64,000 bases of DNA from Dipteris shenzhenensis (taxonomy: Eukaryota), in NCBI GenBank assembly GCA_047967505.1, contig CM106538.1; one strand, given 5' to 3'. The notes below the pieces were generated by a model that searched no databases, was not told the origin of the DNA, and saw nothing but the letters and a program-made list of their open reading frames with translations. Below, piece by piece: positions 14,540-27,508 of this stretch. The position numbers and the translations under genes were made by a program. How positions within the stretch are numbered: the stretch's first letter is position 1; the number at the start of each line of letters is the position of its first letter.

Positions 14540-15640
14540 GCAAAGTTGTTAGATGGCCACGAGGAAGAGCCTTATGCTAGTGGTGATGATGCACCTAATG
14601 CGGGATAGCACGTTCCCCTTGAGTCAATGCATGTAGCCCCTCAAGATGAGGAGTCTGATGAGTCAGATGATTTGGATGTAGGACCGGTTGAAAGCTTTGA
14701 TGTATTTGCAACAATTTGATGCTGCATACATCGGAGGTAACTTCACTGAGAGCTCAAAAATAAAAAGGGCCACCACTTTCTTGAAGGGTAATGCCCTTCA
14801 CTAGTAGACTAATTTACTTTTGCAATGAAAAGCTCCCGCAACATGGGTCGAGTTTAAGCAGTTTTTTAAGGCAGCATGGCTGACCACCACGTTTTGAAGT
14901 GGACATTATTACTCAGTGGCATCAACTTAATGCAGAGGTTGCAGAAATTTGGATGAATACAACAAGAAATTTTGGGATGCCTTGTTACCTGTCAGTTCTT
15001 ACTGTCAGGTTCCCTTCTTTGAGCAAGTTGAGAAACACTGTTGAGGACTACCTAAAGAGATAAGGGATTATTGCACAAAAACATAGATGACAAATCTGTC
15101 CCAACTCATAGAGAATGCAAATATAGCATATGCTTTGATGCAGATGGATCAGTGGGTTCAAAAACAGCTTGGGAAACAAAGGTAATGCCAAGGATTTAAT
15201 AAAGGCTAAGTGGTTCGAAAAATCAGCAAAATCAGCCTTTGTTGCAGGCCAAAGGCATGGAAAGCCTTCATCACGACCTCGATTGTCTTCCTAGGAGAAG
15301 CAAGCACTGTTTGAATCCCACAAGTGTTTTATTTGCAAGTAGGAAGGCCATAAAGCGCATGAATGTCCTCATCAGAAGAGGAAGTCTTTTTCAGAGGAAA
15401 AGCATGAACATAAGGAGGGAATGTAAGGCTGGGGGAAAGATTAGGGATCAATTGTGTCTTAGTTTCTTTGATTTGGGAGCTCGAGGGAATTTCATTTCAC
15501 CTGAGATCGTAGCAAAGTTGGGTATACATGTAGAAGATATGGGAGCTTAGTGTGAAGCAAACATTGCTAATCCCGAGTTGGTCACTCTTGTCACTCTGAT
15601 CATCGGGAATTGCAGTTGCATATTCAGAATTATGTGGAAA
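14540..15640 (+). pseudogene. Ty3/Gypsy gag-protease pseudogene
   Basis: FLEGNAL...APATWVEFKQFFKAAW (gag), CFICK*EGHKAHEC zinc knuckle near 15325-15370, FFDLGARGNFIS aspartic-protease motif. Confidence 0.8.
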
Positions 15641-15889
15641 CAATTGACCATGCTCAATCTACATAACAAACTAAGGGAAAAATATAATCATGGATGAACA
15701 AATTACACATACACGCCATTCTTTTGTCCCACCTTGGAATCGCCATGTGAGCTTAAAATTTGATTTTGAAATTGGCATTGAATCGTCCATCATGGAGGAG
15801 TCAATTTATGAATTTAATTTAGTATGTAATGTTCATGACAAAAAGTGAAGTGCAAAATAAATCTTCAATGTGTCAATAAAATGAGCAAA

Positions 15890-16480
15890 TTCTCCTAGTA
15901 TCTAGGATATATATGTGTTTGGGAAAATAGATCGAGAAATTTTGATGATTTTCCTCAATACTAAGCACTTTGTCGATGATTTAAGGAGGCATTGAGTAGG
16001 GCGATGTGTCTTGATTAAATGGGTTTCTTTTTGGCAAGCTTCATTGTCAATTCTCTTTATATTCTCACGAATACTCTTCTATATATGGGTAGGCCGTCCA
16101 TGATGGGGACTATATCGTTATCCATATCTTTCATACTTTTGTAGAGCTCAATAGACTTAATATGCCTTCTTGTCCTTAGAATAAAGTGGGGTTAGTGTTT
16201 ATGCACTCATTTATTGCCTCCATCTTGCTTGGGTTCTTTCCTTCATGGTGTAGCCTTCTAATAGAAGCTCTTACAAAATTTGATGAGTTCCTCAGAATAA
16301 GTGATGAGAACACTGTGCCCACCTATGAGCTACTTCTCCCCTACCTTAGCTCTGACTTTTTGATCTTGATGCAGTAGCTTGCTCCAATGGAGCGAAATTT
16401 GTAGTCATCACAACCACATGTGTGTTTAATAGTAGCTAAGATCTGGTTGTAATAAATTAAATGTGAGAATATTTGATAGA
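15890..16480 (-). pseudogene. LINE ORF2 relic (start of RT region)
   Basis: ELYKSMKDMDNDIVPIMDGLP resembles K.PG.DGL; RHIALLNASL..IDKVL resembles RPISLLN..YKI..K; heavily degraded. Confidence 0.5.
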
Positions 16481-17633
16481 TTTGACCACAACCCTCTTTC
16501 AACTACATCTAGATGCTTTTAAAGAATTTCAATTTTCTTGTTAGATAAAGAAGACTAGATCTAGTAAGAGAGAGGGTGAGAGGGTTCACTAGAGTGTTGC
16601 ATGATAGAGCTAGCATAAGAACTTTTGTTCTAAGCTCCAAATTGAGTTTTGATTATTCCAAGACAATGCAAGACATGTAAGGGATGGATTATTATGGGAT
16701 TCTAGAGAGAGAGCATCAAAACTCATATAATGAACCCAACACTCTTTCATGCTTGTGTTCAACTCACTTTTTGTGTACTTGTGCACTCTCACTCAAGTCA
16801 TTCTATGCCTTGCACTCTCAACTATGTACTAAGTTCATGCTCTTGTTTGCAACCCCTACTCCTAAACCATTTAGTCCTCCTACTCCTACTCTCACTCTTT
16901 CTCCTTTGTACAATTGCAATCACCCATAGTCTCCTTAACCTAATAATCATCCTACTCCTACTAGACTTAATCTTCTCGTTTTGTGCAACTGCAATCACCC
17001 ATGTCCCTTTACACAATCCCTCCTCTTTTCCCATAGTCCCTCCCATAGTCTGTCCCTCTTCTCATTGTCTCTACCTACTTGCTAATTTCTTTCCCTCTTC
17101 TCCCATGTTCTCCTACTACTATTCCACTCCACAATAATATTTCTCAGCTTTAAACTCCTTTTAAACCTAAAATTCTCTTTGATCCCTTACATTCAAAACT
17201 TAGATCTACTCTCACCCTTTTCTCCAATCCCAAATTCATGTTATAAACCTTGAATCCCTATTGATCTAATCTTTTCAATATCAAACTCCTAGATTTTATG
17301 TCTTGAACAAACTCCCCTCTTGATGGAAAAGGAGATGTAATCTTGATTATTTCCCTTCTGTCAACCCAACTATTTTCAATGTTTAAAATTTATTGGGCCC
17401 CAAAATCTCCTTTTAATCCTTACCATGGTGGAGACAAGTTTCTTCTAACCTATCTTAATTCCTTACTTCATTACCCTTTCCTCTTCTCCCTATGTTGTTG
17501 TGCAAATATATATGCTATCCTAGAATAGCACACTGCCATTCGATATCTTGGAAGAGAATAAGGGAAAAAAATTTGGTACTATTTTTCAGAATGAATAATG
17601 CCAATGGAAATGAGAAGTTTGCAAGTGATGAAA

Positions 17634-17659
17634 AACACTTATTTCATTAATTTTGGACT
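17634..17659 (+). repeat. Left terminal inverted repeat
   Basis: Reverse complement of 36143-36168; preceded by TSD GAAA. A second ACTTTTGGACTA motif lies just inside both ends. Confidence 0.9.
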
Positions 17660-17819
17660 TGTCAATGTACAAATTCATTTTTACATATACTTTTGGACTA
17701 GTTTTCAGATAAAATTTAAGAAAAACCCAATCTTCAAAGCACATATAAAATCATAAAAACAAGCATTTTTTAATATATTTTTTAAGGACATGAAATTAAA
17801 ATTTTAAAATTTAACGCAG

Positions 17820-18150
17820 CTTAGATAAGTTACATGAAAAAATAAGATTCAGTAGTTGTAAACTCTCTTAATATGTAATGGTGTTAATAAACACCTTCAA
17901 AAGTTACAGTATTAAAGAAACTCTCACCATATTTATAATAGAATTTGACAAACACCAAAAGTTACAATAAGCCTGAGATAAGTTACACAAAAAAGAGTGG
18001 TTTACAAAAAAAAGAGTGGTTCAGTAATTGTAAACTCTCTTAATATTTATAATAGTGTTTAGGAAACACTTTCAAAAGTTACAAGTGGAAGTAGCAAACT
18101 CTCACAATATTTATAAAGGTGTTGAAAAACACCAAAAGTTACAATAAGAC
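17820..18150. repeat. Subterminal ~155-bp direct duplication
   Basis: AGATAAGTTACA...GTAAACTCTCTTAATAT...AAACACCAAAAGTTACAATAAG occurs twice. Confidence 0.7.
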
Positions 18151-18319
18151 TCTCATTGGAAGGCAAATCTATTTTCAAGACTACATCCTAAATTCAACCC
18201 ATTCAAGAGCTGAGCTCATCTCATCCTCATCAATGTAGTTAAAATTATAGAAGAGAAAGATTGATGAATTTTCTATTTTCAAGCCTTTAGCCTAAATTCA
18301 ACCCATTCAAGAGCTGAGC

Positions 18320-18724
18320 TCATCTCATCCGAGTCTCATCCTCATCGATGTAGTTAAAATTATAGAAGAGAAGTAAGGATTGATGAATTTTCTCCTGCAT
18401 AACACTTTGTTTATTCTGAACGGCTTGCAGTTCCTGGGGTGGAAATCTTCCATAACGAGCCACATGTGAAGATATCTCACTTTGAAAGTCTATCAGCTCT
18501 CTCCTATATGACTGCAATTTATCTATTTTAGTAGTAGCCATACTTATTTTTCTTTTCTCTTCCTTCTCTTAGCCCTTCTGACAAGCAAAGTCATCCTTCT
18601 CGTACTAGGTTAATGGAGCTGGATTTTGCTTTCTCTCCTCTCTCTTTCCTTGGTTCTCGGCAATCCATACTTTGATGCTGCTAATGGCTTGCTCGACAGA
18701 ATCGATTACCTTAAAAAGATCCAT
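18320..18724 (-). pseudogene. Small helical protein A of unknown function (transposon-borne)
   Basis: MDLFKVIDSVEQAISSIKVWIAENQ...APLT*YEK...HVARYGRF...FNYIDEDE in one frame with two internal stops; aligns with 19824-20276. Confidence 0.7.
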
Positions 18725-18737
18725 AAAAATGAGAGGA

Positions 18738-19100
18738 GGAAGGTAATGAGAGTGAGGAAGGTAACTAGAGGAGGTAAGGCAAGATGAAAGGAGTATGCTT
18801 GAGAAGAGGAGGTAAGGCTGCGGGCAAGATGGAAGGAGCAAGCTTGAGGAGCGGAGTAAGGTAAGAAGAGCAAAGTGGAAGAAGTGTTTGCTGCGGGTGA
18901 GATATAGAAGACAAACAAGAGGAGGAAGGTAACGAGAGTGAGGAAGGTAACTAGAGGAGGTAAGGCAAGATGAACGGAGTATGCTTGAGAAGAGGAGGTA
19001 AGGCTACGGGCAAGATGGAAGGAGCAAGCTTGAGGAGAGGAGTAAGGTAAGAAGAGCAAAGTGGAAGAAGTGTTTGCTACGGGTGAGATATAGAAGACGA
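18738..19100. repeat. ~180-bp purine-rich direct duplication
   Basis: GAGGAGGAAGGTAA...GGTGAGATATAGAAGAC occurs twice. Confidence 0.85.
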
Positions 19101-19823
19101 ATGACTACTAGGGGATTTATAGAACTACAGACTCATAATGTGGGATGAAAGATTTAGAATAAAGAATTGGTAGAGGTTGAGATGACTAGATTATCTAAAG
19201 TAACAAATGCTGCAAGACCGTAATGTGAGACATGTGAGACATGTAAGATAGTGAGTACATTGAAATCTATAAAATAAAATGATGGGATGCAAGACCGTAA
19301 TGCGAGACATTTGAGACATGTAAGACAGTGATCAGTACATTGAAATCTATAAAATAAAATGATGGAACACAAGAATGATATAATTATTAGAATCTCATCA
19401 CGAGATATTTTTTTAATATAATATAAGATAGACTTCTTGATGCAAGACCGTAATGCGAGACATGTGAGATGATAGATTTTGAGTACATTGAAATCTATAA
19501 AATAAAGTGATGGAACATAAGAATGATATAATTATTAGATTCTCATCATAAGATATTTATTGTATATAATAAATTAGATTTTCAAAAAAGTAAAACCAAT
19601 TTAATAAATTTAGAGAGGTGAGTTGTTCATTGAGTGAAGTAAAAAATAAAAGACCATAAATGTGAGAGACACATGAGATGATAGATTTTGAATCGGTTTA
19701 AATCTATGAAATAAAGTCATTGAAGACAATAATAATATAATTAGACTCCCTTCTTTCGTCCATCCTAGTCCTTCTACAAGCACATTCTTCGTTTATCACT
19801 CTTAATTTATCACTCCACCCACC

Positions 19824-20276
19824 ATGGATGTCCTTGGCATCGTCGTAGATGTGGAGTCTGGAATCGACAGTCTCAAACAATGGGTTGCTGACCAAGGAGC
19901 AAGGAGAGATGCAAGAATTCGACAAGGCTCTCCACTCACACGGATGGAGAGAGAGGAATTCGATGCACAGAGGCGGATAGAGAGGGAGGAGACTCAGAAG
20001 ATAGCAGAGAGCAAAAGATTTTTACAATGTATTATAAAAGCATGACAAGATGTCTTGGACTTCTTAAGCAACCTACGTTATCGAAGCACTCGGTATGGTC
20101 GATTTGATCGGGATGCTGAAAGAACAATAAAGGCCTCCCAAAGAGATTATAAAGAAACAATCTGTGGCTGTTTGAATTTCTTCCTTCATTGTAATTATGT
20201 TGACGATACGGAAGTGGAGTCCGTGGAAGATTGGATTGCTGAGAAGATAAGAGATACTAATGATGAGATCTTCTAG
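19824..20276 (+). pseudogene. Small helical protein B of unknown function, paralog of A
   Basis: 150-codon frame MDVLGIVVDVESGIDSLKQWVADQ...SPLT...RYGRF...CNYVDDTE with one internal TGA at 20043-20045. Confidence 0.75.
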
Positions 20277-20660
20277 TGTGATCTCGGCCTCTGTGGCCTG
20301 TCCAGTGACTATTTGAATTTCTTCCTTCATTGTAATTATGTTGACGATACGGAAGTGGAGTCCATGGAAGATTGGATTGTTGAGAAGATAAGAGATACTA
20401 ATGATGAGATCTTCTAGTGTGATCTCGGCCTCTGTGGCCTGTCCATCATGATTGCTTGAATTTCTTTCTTCATTGTAATTATGTTGAGGATATGGATGTG
20501 GAGTCTGCGGCCTGTCCATCATGATTGCTTGAATTTCTTCCTTCCTTGTAATTATGTTGAGGATATGGACGTGGAGTCTGTGGAAGATTGGATTGTTGAG
20601 AAGATAAGAGATACTAATTATGAGATCTTCTAGTGTGATCTTGGCCTCTATGGCTTGTAA
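20170..20660 (+). repeat. Tandem duplications of the 3' end of gene B
   Basis: TGAATTTCTTCCTTCATTGTAATTATGTTGA...GAGATCTTCTAGTGTGATC is repeated 3-4 times, partly truncated. Confidence 0.85.
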
Positions 20661-20906
20661 TAGTTTTGTATTCTCTGCAACAAGTCTGGTAGGGCTGAGT
20701 AGATCATATTAGAATTGCTAATACAATTTATTTTTTTAGAATTGCTAATACAATAATAATACAAATTGAATAAATATCATAAGTAAATAAACTAATGTAT
20801 TGTAACATTTGTATTGTAACATTTAACATAAGTTTTAAAAACACTATCATTAGTCAATACAAACAAGATAAAAATCTTCAAGGACTCATGTTTCTTTCTA
20901 CATGTT

Positions 20907-23900
20907 TTACAACTGAATAGAGTCTGATGAGTCCTCTTGAGGCTATGATTCTCTAAGAGTACATTGAGTCTCTATTTCTTGTGTGGATGGTGTACATTGA
21001 GATTCTACTTCTGGTGCAATCGGGATAGACTTAATCTCTTCCTCCTTTGCAAGATGTGATGTTGTAGATGCACATTGAGTCTCTACTTCTTGTGTAGGAA
21101 GAATGCATTGAGTCTCTAATTCAAGTGGAGACTGTAATGCTTCTACTTGAGGCTGTGATGCAGAAGGAGACTAAATTGTCTCTTGTTTTTCTTTGGCTCC
21201 CTCATGTTCTTCATTGAGTCCATCATGTTGTTTTGCAATGGTAGCAGTTAGGTAGTGAACAGTCTTAGCCATAAAATCTTGTAGCTCGAGCTTTGTATAT
21301 GCTTCTATTGAGACATGTTCAAAAATTTCATTGAGGAACAACATGAACTTGTAGGAAATTCTCCACCCACTACTAAACTTGTCTTTCTGCTCCACTGCGA
21401 GGCGTGTTTGGAAATTTGGTTGGTCTTGATGCTCCTTGATTTTCATAATCGCAGAAACTAACTTATTTGTAGACCTGTCCATCATGACATATGACAAAGT
21501 GAATTTGTGTAGTAAATAGTAAGATGTATGTTCATAATGATATGACAAAAGAACACTTACTTGAACACCCCGTGAAAGCGTGTAAATGAATTGACAAACC
21601 AACAATGGTTGTCATCAAGATCCCATACTATCAGGCTCCAATGTGAGCTACATCACCAATAAAGAGCGATAAGATTTATCACAATATTAAGTATTAATTG
21701 ACACAATATTACAAATAAAAGAGTAAAAGAAAGATTGAGATGATACTTACTTCTCATAATATGGCATAAAGATAACTAGCATGCCATCCAAGTCTAAAGG
21801 TTGTAGCATTGAACAAACATCATCTACTGTCTTCTTGGTATCACTAAGTATAGCTGAAAGGAGAGAATCGAGCATACACACGCGATTCTGTACTGATCTA
21901 GGAAAGTGAGATATAACCGTACTGTAGCAATAAATAAACAAATGTTAGAAGCAGATTGAATCAAATGATTGAAGTATCAAGCCAAGAGATGTTCATATCA
22001 AACCTGAGGATGGCCATCATGACTTTGTCATTAGCCTCTTTCAAAGGGTCAGAGAGGATTGTAACTTCCTTGCTACCAAAACACGAGGTTGCTTGCTAAT
22101 GATAACCCTAACCTCAAAAGACCACCACGTTATCAATAAATGCCTTAACGATAGATGACATAAATGCATATAGATGCAAGTATGTATATGTCGACAATGA
22201 GGTTTCACCACCACTCAAATTAAAAATTTGAGCAAGGAGCAAAAAGTAGTTATATCCGACTCTCCACCCACAACTGTGATCATCATGTTACATACTCTAT
22301 TTGATCTTCTAAGTCACCTTCCATTTGCATAAGTGCATCTATAGCACCTACCAACTTTCGAGCCGATCTATACATCAAAATAGAAAACATAAATGAATGT
22401 GCACATTGTATAGGATGCATCTCATTGACGTAATTATGACACAAGTAGGTTATACTTAGTCTGACACATTGCCATGGATAGATGCTATTGAATTGACAAA
22501 GAAACATTGCTTGGCTAAGATGTCCACAATTACCAAGATCCAATGCAAGCTGCTTTATCAATTAAGAATAATTATTATTTGATATAATCCTCCACAATGT
22601 AAGAGATAAGCTAGGTAGGGATTGATACTCACTCCTCGTGATATGCAGTAAAGATAACTCGTGCCGCAGTCAAATCAACAGGTTGCAACCACTTAAAAAC
22701 ATCATCTATGTTCTTCTGCTTATTGCTAAGTACACTAGAAACAAGAGGATCGACCATATATGCACATCTCTGTATATATAGGGAAAGCTGTTCTAAAACC
22801 ATACTGCAATAAAAGGAAAAGAATATTAGCTCATTTGATCCAATGGAAATACAAAAGCATAAAGTCAATAAAAAGTTTATGTCAAACCTAAGGATGGTTA
22901 TTATGACCTTGTCATTAACCTCTTTCTTGAAGTTTATAAGGATTGACGAATAGAAAAGTAAGAGGTTGTTCTCGAACTTGAAGCCTAACTTGAAATGACT
23001 TCTCCATTTGCTGCAAGATATGATTATTTTCTAGAGTCATCAGATGGATAGCCAGAGCAGCTTTGCTTTCTTGAGATGAGCTTTCTATATTCTCTACTCC
23101 AGCTATGTCCTCCTCATCCTCCTCCTTTACCTTCTCCTATAAAAGGATAAAATAATTATGAGATTCAAAATTTTAAATTAATTATAAATTTAAAAATACC
23201 TTTAAATGAATAAAGAAAATTAAACATAAGTTTTCATACCTCTACATATATTCGTGGTCTTTTTATGTAACCTTCTGAGGCAAGATCAGTGTCATATCCA
23301 TCTTCTTCAGCTTCCTTACTATCGCTGGTGTCCTCACTATCATATCCAGAGCTTTCAACATTTTCAACATCTTTCTTGCTCTCATCATACATGACCATCT
23401 CTATGTCAGCATCCTCTTCATGTGAGATCAGACCTTTCTTATCATACTTTGTTGTGAGAGAAGCCACGGTATCAAGGTATTCTAAGCAAGCAGGGCTCTC
23501 AATAATATTTACATGGTGTCCTTTTCTAATAAGAGCTTCAAACAAATGTCCGATGCGACACAATGTGACTTCCCATCCGGATGGCAGCAAAAATTCCATC
23601 ATACTAATTAAAAGATCAGCACTTTTTGCTAGCCTTTCATAGTGATTTACATTGTGATGGAGGGGACTTGGAGCTTCATGCTCTTCTAGCAGTAGTTGCA
23701 ATCTCTTTGCATTCCCTCTTATGTTGTTCTATAAGGAGTGATCATTGTAAGGGCTCTTCATGCACAAGAAAAAGGTTTCAAGACTCTGTATCTTGAGACC
23801 GCATTCTCTCTTGTCCCTTTTTCTTGAGTATATACCATTGTAAATCTTAAGCTCATTGCCATATTGTTTTTCTAGGGTAGCAGACATTTTTTCCTTGTCA

Positions 23901-24995
23901 TCTTTATCAGCAAATATGACTATGTTACATAGTCTCACTCTACCAATGGTGGTATGTAATATTCTGTCAAGGAGTTGACGAATGTTATCCGGTGATATTT
24001 CATAGACAAAGAAAAGCTGAGGCCTCTCCCAAGCAGTGTCGTCGGACAAAAAATCATTCAATGAAACTCCCTTGCACTCAACACTCTTTCCAGACTCTGA
24101 AATGATTTCATGTATGAAAAAAAGCCCTTGTTCAAAGTTTTTTCTTTTCTGAGAGTGTGCGTATTGATGACTTTTTGTGCATATGCATACACATTTTCCG
24201 GATGTCCTATCTTATCTGATGCATGTCGTGTCTCACTCAATTCAATTTCTGTCTGAGATGCATGTGCATGTCCTGTATCATCTGATGCATGTCCTGTCTC
24301 CACCAAATTGAATTCCTGTCTCAGATGTAGATCCCTTTAAGCATCCACGTGTTCAAGACCCTCATCCAATTCTACAATGTGTTCTGTCTCATCCACTCCA
24401 ATTCCTCTCTCATTTGTATTACCATGAACCAGGTCTACATGGCGTGTCTCATCACTTCCTTTCTCATGTGTGGATTCTTGCACGTTAGGTCCCTCCAATG
24501 AAGTTGAACCTTGTTCAATGACACCGTGAAAGCATTCAAGGATAATCTTTGACTGCATTTTTCTTGCTTCCTCAATGGGAAATTCCTCCCACACATGTTG
24601 GAGGATCTCTAATGCAGAAACCAATTCAGGAAATCTAGGTGCTTTTGGCGGCGGCATCACAAAGTGCATTTCATCTTTCTTAGAAAGAAGAAACAATCTG
24701 TTGCTCATTCTTGACTTTGTGTAAATCATCATTGTACTGCTATCTTTTTCAATTTGTATTCCTAGTAAGGTGCCCCCTTGAATCAAATTGCTCTTTGAGA
24801 AAGATACATTTGATGCCCACTCATCTTTCTCCAACTCTCTCTTTGTCATCACTAGAATGAGATTTCCTTTACTTAATACCAAGAACCATGCTTTCTTTGT
24901 TGTGTCAACAACGGTCCAGTTTGTGAAGTCCTTTGGGGCATAAATTCTTCCATTGTATTTGAGTGTCATACCATTGACAAATGCTGTACCATCCT
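20907..24995 (-). pseudogene. Multi-exon accessory gene: unknown N-terminal region plus two tandem Ulp1/C48 (SUMO/ubiquitin-like protease)-like domains
   Basis: Reconstructed exons. Domain 1: EVNDKVI / MVDPL...VIFTAYHE / LHWILVIVD...FFVNS / DDHSCGWRV. Domain 2: EANDKVM / MLDSL...VIFMPYYE / SHWSLIVWD...WFVNS / QKDKFSSGWRI. Introns fall at equivalent positions in both domains; stops and frameshifts present. Confidence 0.72.
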
Positions 24996-25846
24996 ATATT
25001 AAAGCACAACACAAATTTTAGGTACTTTGACAAACTACAATTACTTTGATAAATCAAAAGTACAATGAGTCCCATTAATACACCTCAAGTTTTTATTCTT
25101 CCCAATCGTATAAGTGTCAATTTCATGCTTTGGGAATAGCCTAAAAGGCTTTACAAGGCTTAGACACATGCATAAATGTGAAAAAAAATAAGGATTTACA
25201 ATGATCTCCGAATACAAATTTGAAGTCTGTCAGATATAAGTGCAACATGCTCTGTCAACTCCCGCAACTGATATAAGTGTAAAATTCTCTGTCAACTCCC
25301 ACAACTAGTACAAATATAATCTGCTATGTCTAGTCCCTTAACTGATTCAACTGTAATCTATCATGTCCACTGATACAACTTTTAATCATCTTGAAAGTTT
25401 AAAAGCCTTGATCGTTGCTTAAATGGTAGGGTTGTTGTGAGTGTGAAACCGAATGTGAACGAATGGACTGACTCCGATTAGGAACTAGTTGGGAAATTTT
25501 GAGCATGCTTTGATTGGTTTTTTTGGAGTTCTCTCCTCTAAGGACAAACTAATCTATGCTAATCTAGACTACACCAACCGTCGAAGCGAAGAAAAGCAAG
25601 AAATAATTTATTTTCCATTGTTCTTTTTAATATCCTTAGGTTGCAAATTAAAAGCAAAAATAATCTATTTTCCATTATTCTTTTTAATACACTCAGGTTG
25701 TGAGTTTAAAAAAGATAAAATTTATATTTTCAAAAACTAATTTACTTACAACTCATAAGAATTGAACATTCACATAAATAAGAAGTTAAAATTTTAATAA
25801 ATTTAAATTTAAATAATAAAAACTACAAATTTAATTGGACTCCAAA

Positions 25847-26266
25847 TCCTAAACCCTAAACCCTAAACCCAAACCCTAAACCCTAAACCCAAATCCCCAA
25901 TCCCTAAACCCTAAACTCCCAAACCCTAAACCCTAACTCCCAAACCTTAAAACCCTAAAACCTAACCCCAAAACCTAAAACCCTAAACCCAAACCTCAAA
26001 ACCCTAAACCCTAAACCCTAAACCCTAAACCCAAACCCCCAAACCCTAAACCCTAACCCCCAAATCCTAAACCCTAATCCCTAAACCCTGAATCCCAAAA
26101 CCTAAACCCTAAACCCTAAACCCTAACCCCCAAATACTAACGCCCTAAACACTAACCCCAAACCCAAACCCTAAACCGTAAACCCCTAACCCCTAACCCC
26201 AAACCCTAAGCCCTAACTCCAAAACCCTAAACCCTCATCCCCAAACCTTAAATTCAAACTCCCAAA
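25847..26266 (-). repeat. Interstitial telomeric array (CCCTAAA)n, degenerate
   Basis: About 420 bp of CCCTAAA and variants. Confidence 0.95.
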
Positions 26267-26789
26267 CTCTTTTTTAATTCAAATTAATTTAATTTAATTC
26301 ACAATCATAAGAAGTTTAAACTTTGACAAAGTAAATTCTTATTAGTTTGAAATCACGAAATTTGAAATATAAATAAATTCAATTTAACTTAAAGTTTATG
26401 AAAAAATAACGTAAATTTAAGAAAATAAGACTTAAAATTTTAAAATCACAAAATTTAAAATATAAATAAATTCAATTTAACTTAAAGTTTATGAAAAAAT
26501 AACGTAAAATTAAGAAAATAAGACTTAAAATTACAATTTTAATATTTACCTAGAAGAATATATTAATTCTCCCTAAAAAGAAATAAATTAAAGTAATAAT
26601 AATGAATGTAAGTTAAACTACTTTTAAAATTTTAAAAAATGTAATAAAATTAAAATTATACTTTCTATATTCCAAAACAAAATGCATTTTTGTAAACTAT
26701 ATTTCAAAAAATTTAATTGAGAAATTAAACTAGTAAATTGAAAATGGAAGTGAAACTAATTTTAAATTTAAAAACAAAGGAAAATTTAA

Positions 26790-27010
26790 AATTCAAGTTT
26801 CCACAAGTTTTCCTTTTCGCACATGTTTGTCTTTTCACACTTTTCAAGTTTCCACACGTTTGTCTTTTCAAACACAAGGTTGTCTTTTATCACAATTTTC
26901 AAGTTTCCACATGTTTATCTTTTCAAACACAAGGATTCATAGTTTAAAAAAAGGTGAGAAATTTGAAATTCAAGTTTCCACACGTTTGTCTTTACAAACA
27001 CCAAGGTTTA
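26790..27010. repeat. Short repeated motif TTCAAGTTTCCACA(C/T)GTTT
   Basis: Four or more copies just upstream of the CT tract. Confidence 0.7.
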
Positions 27011-27229
27011 TAGTTTTGTTTGTTTAAGTTTCGACTAAATCACACACCAATCTCCTCTAATATGCCTCATTGATCGTAGCTCCCAAATTCTTCCATCAAA
27101 ACATCTCTCCTTTATCTCTCCTTGATCGTCGCCCACTCATTTCTCCTCCTCATCGGTAAGATTTTCTATCTCTGATCGTACTTTCTCTTGCACCCTCCCT
27201 CTCTAAATTTTCATCTCTTGTCCATCTCT

Positions 27230-27445
27230 TGTCAATCTCTCTCATCTCCTCTCTTCTTCTTCTCTCTCTCTCATGCTAGTACGCTTCTCTCTTCTTCTTA
27301 TCTCTCTCTCTCTCACTCTAGTATGCTTCTCTCTCTCTAGTCTCTCATCTCCCTCTCTTTTTCTCTTCTCTCTCACTCTCTTTCTTCTCCCCTCTGGTCT
27401 ACGTTTCCTCTCATCTTTATTTACTCTCTCCCCTCCTCTTCATTT

Positions 27446-27508
<63 letters not shown>

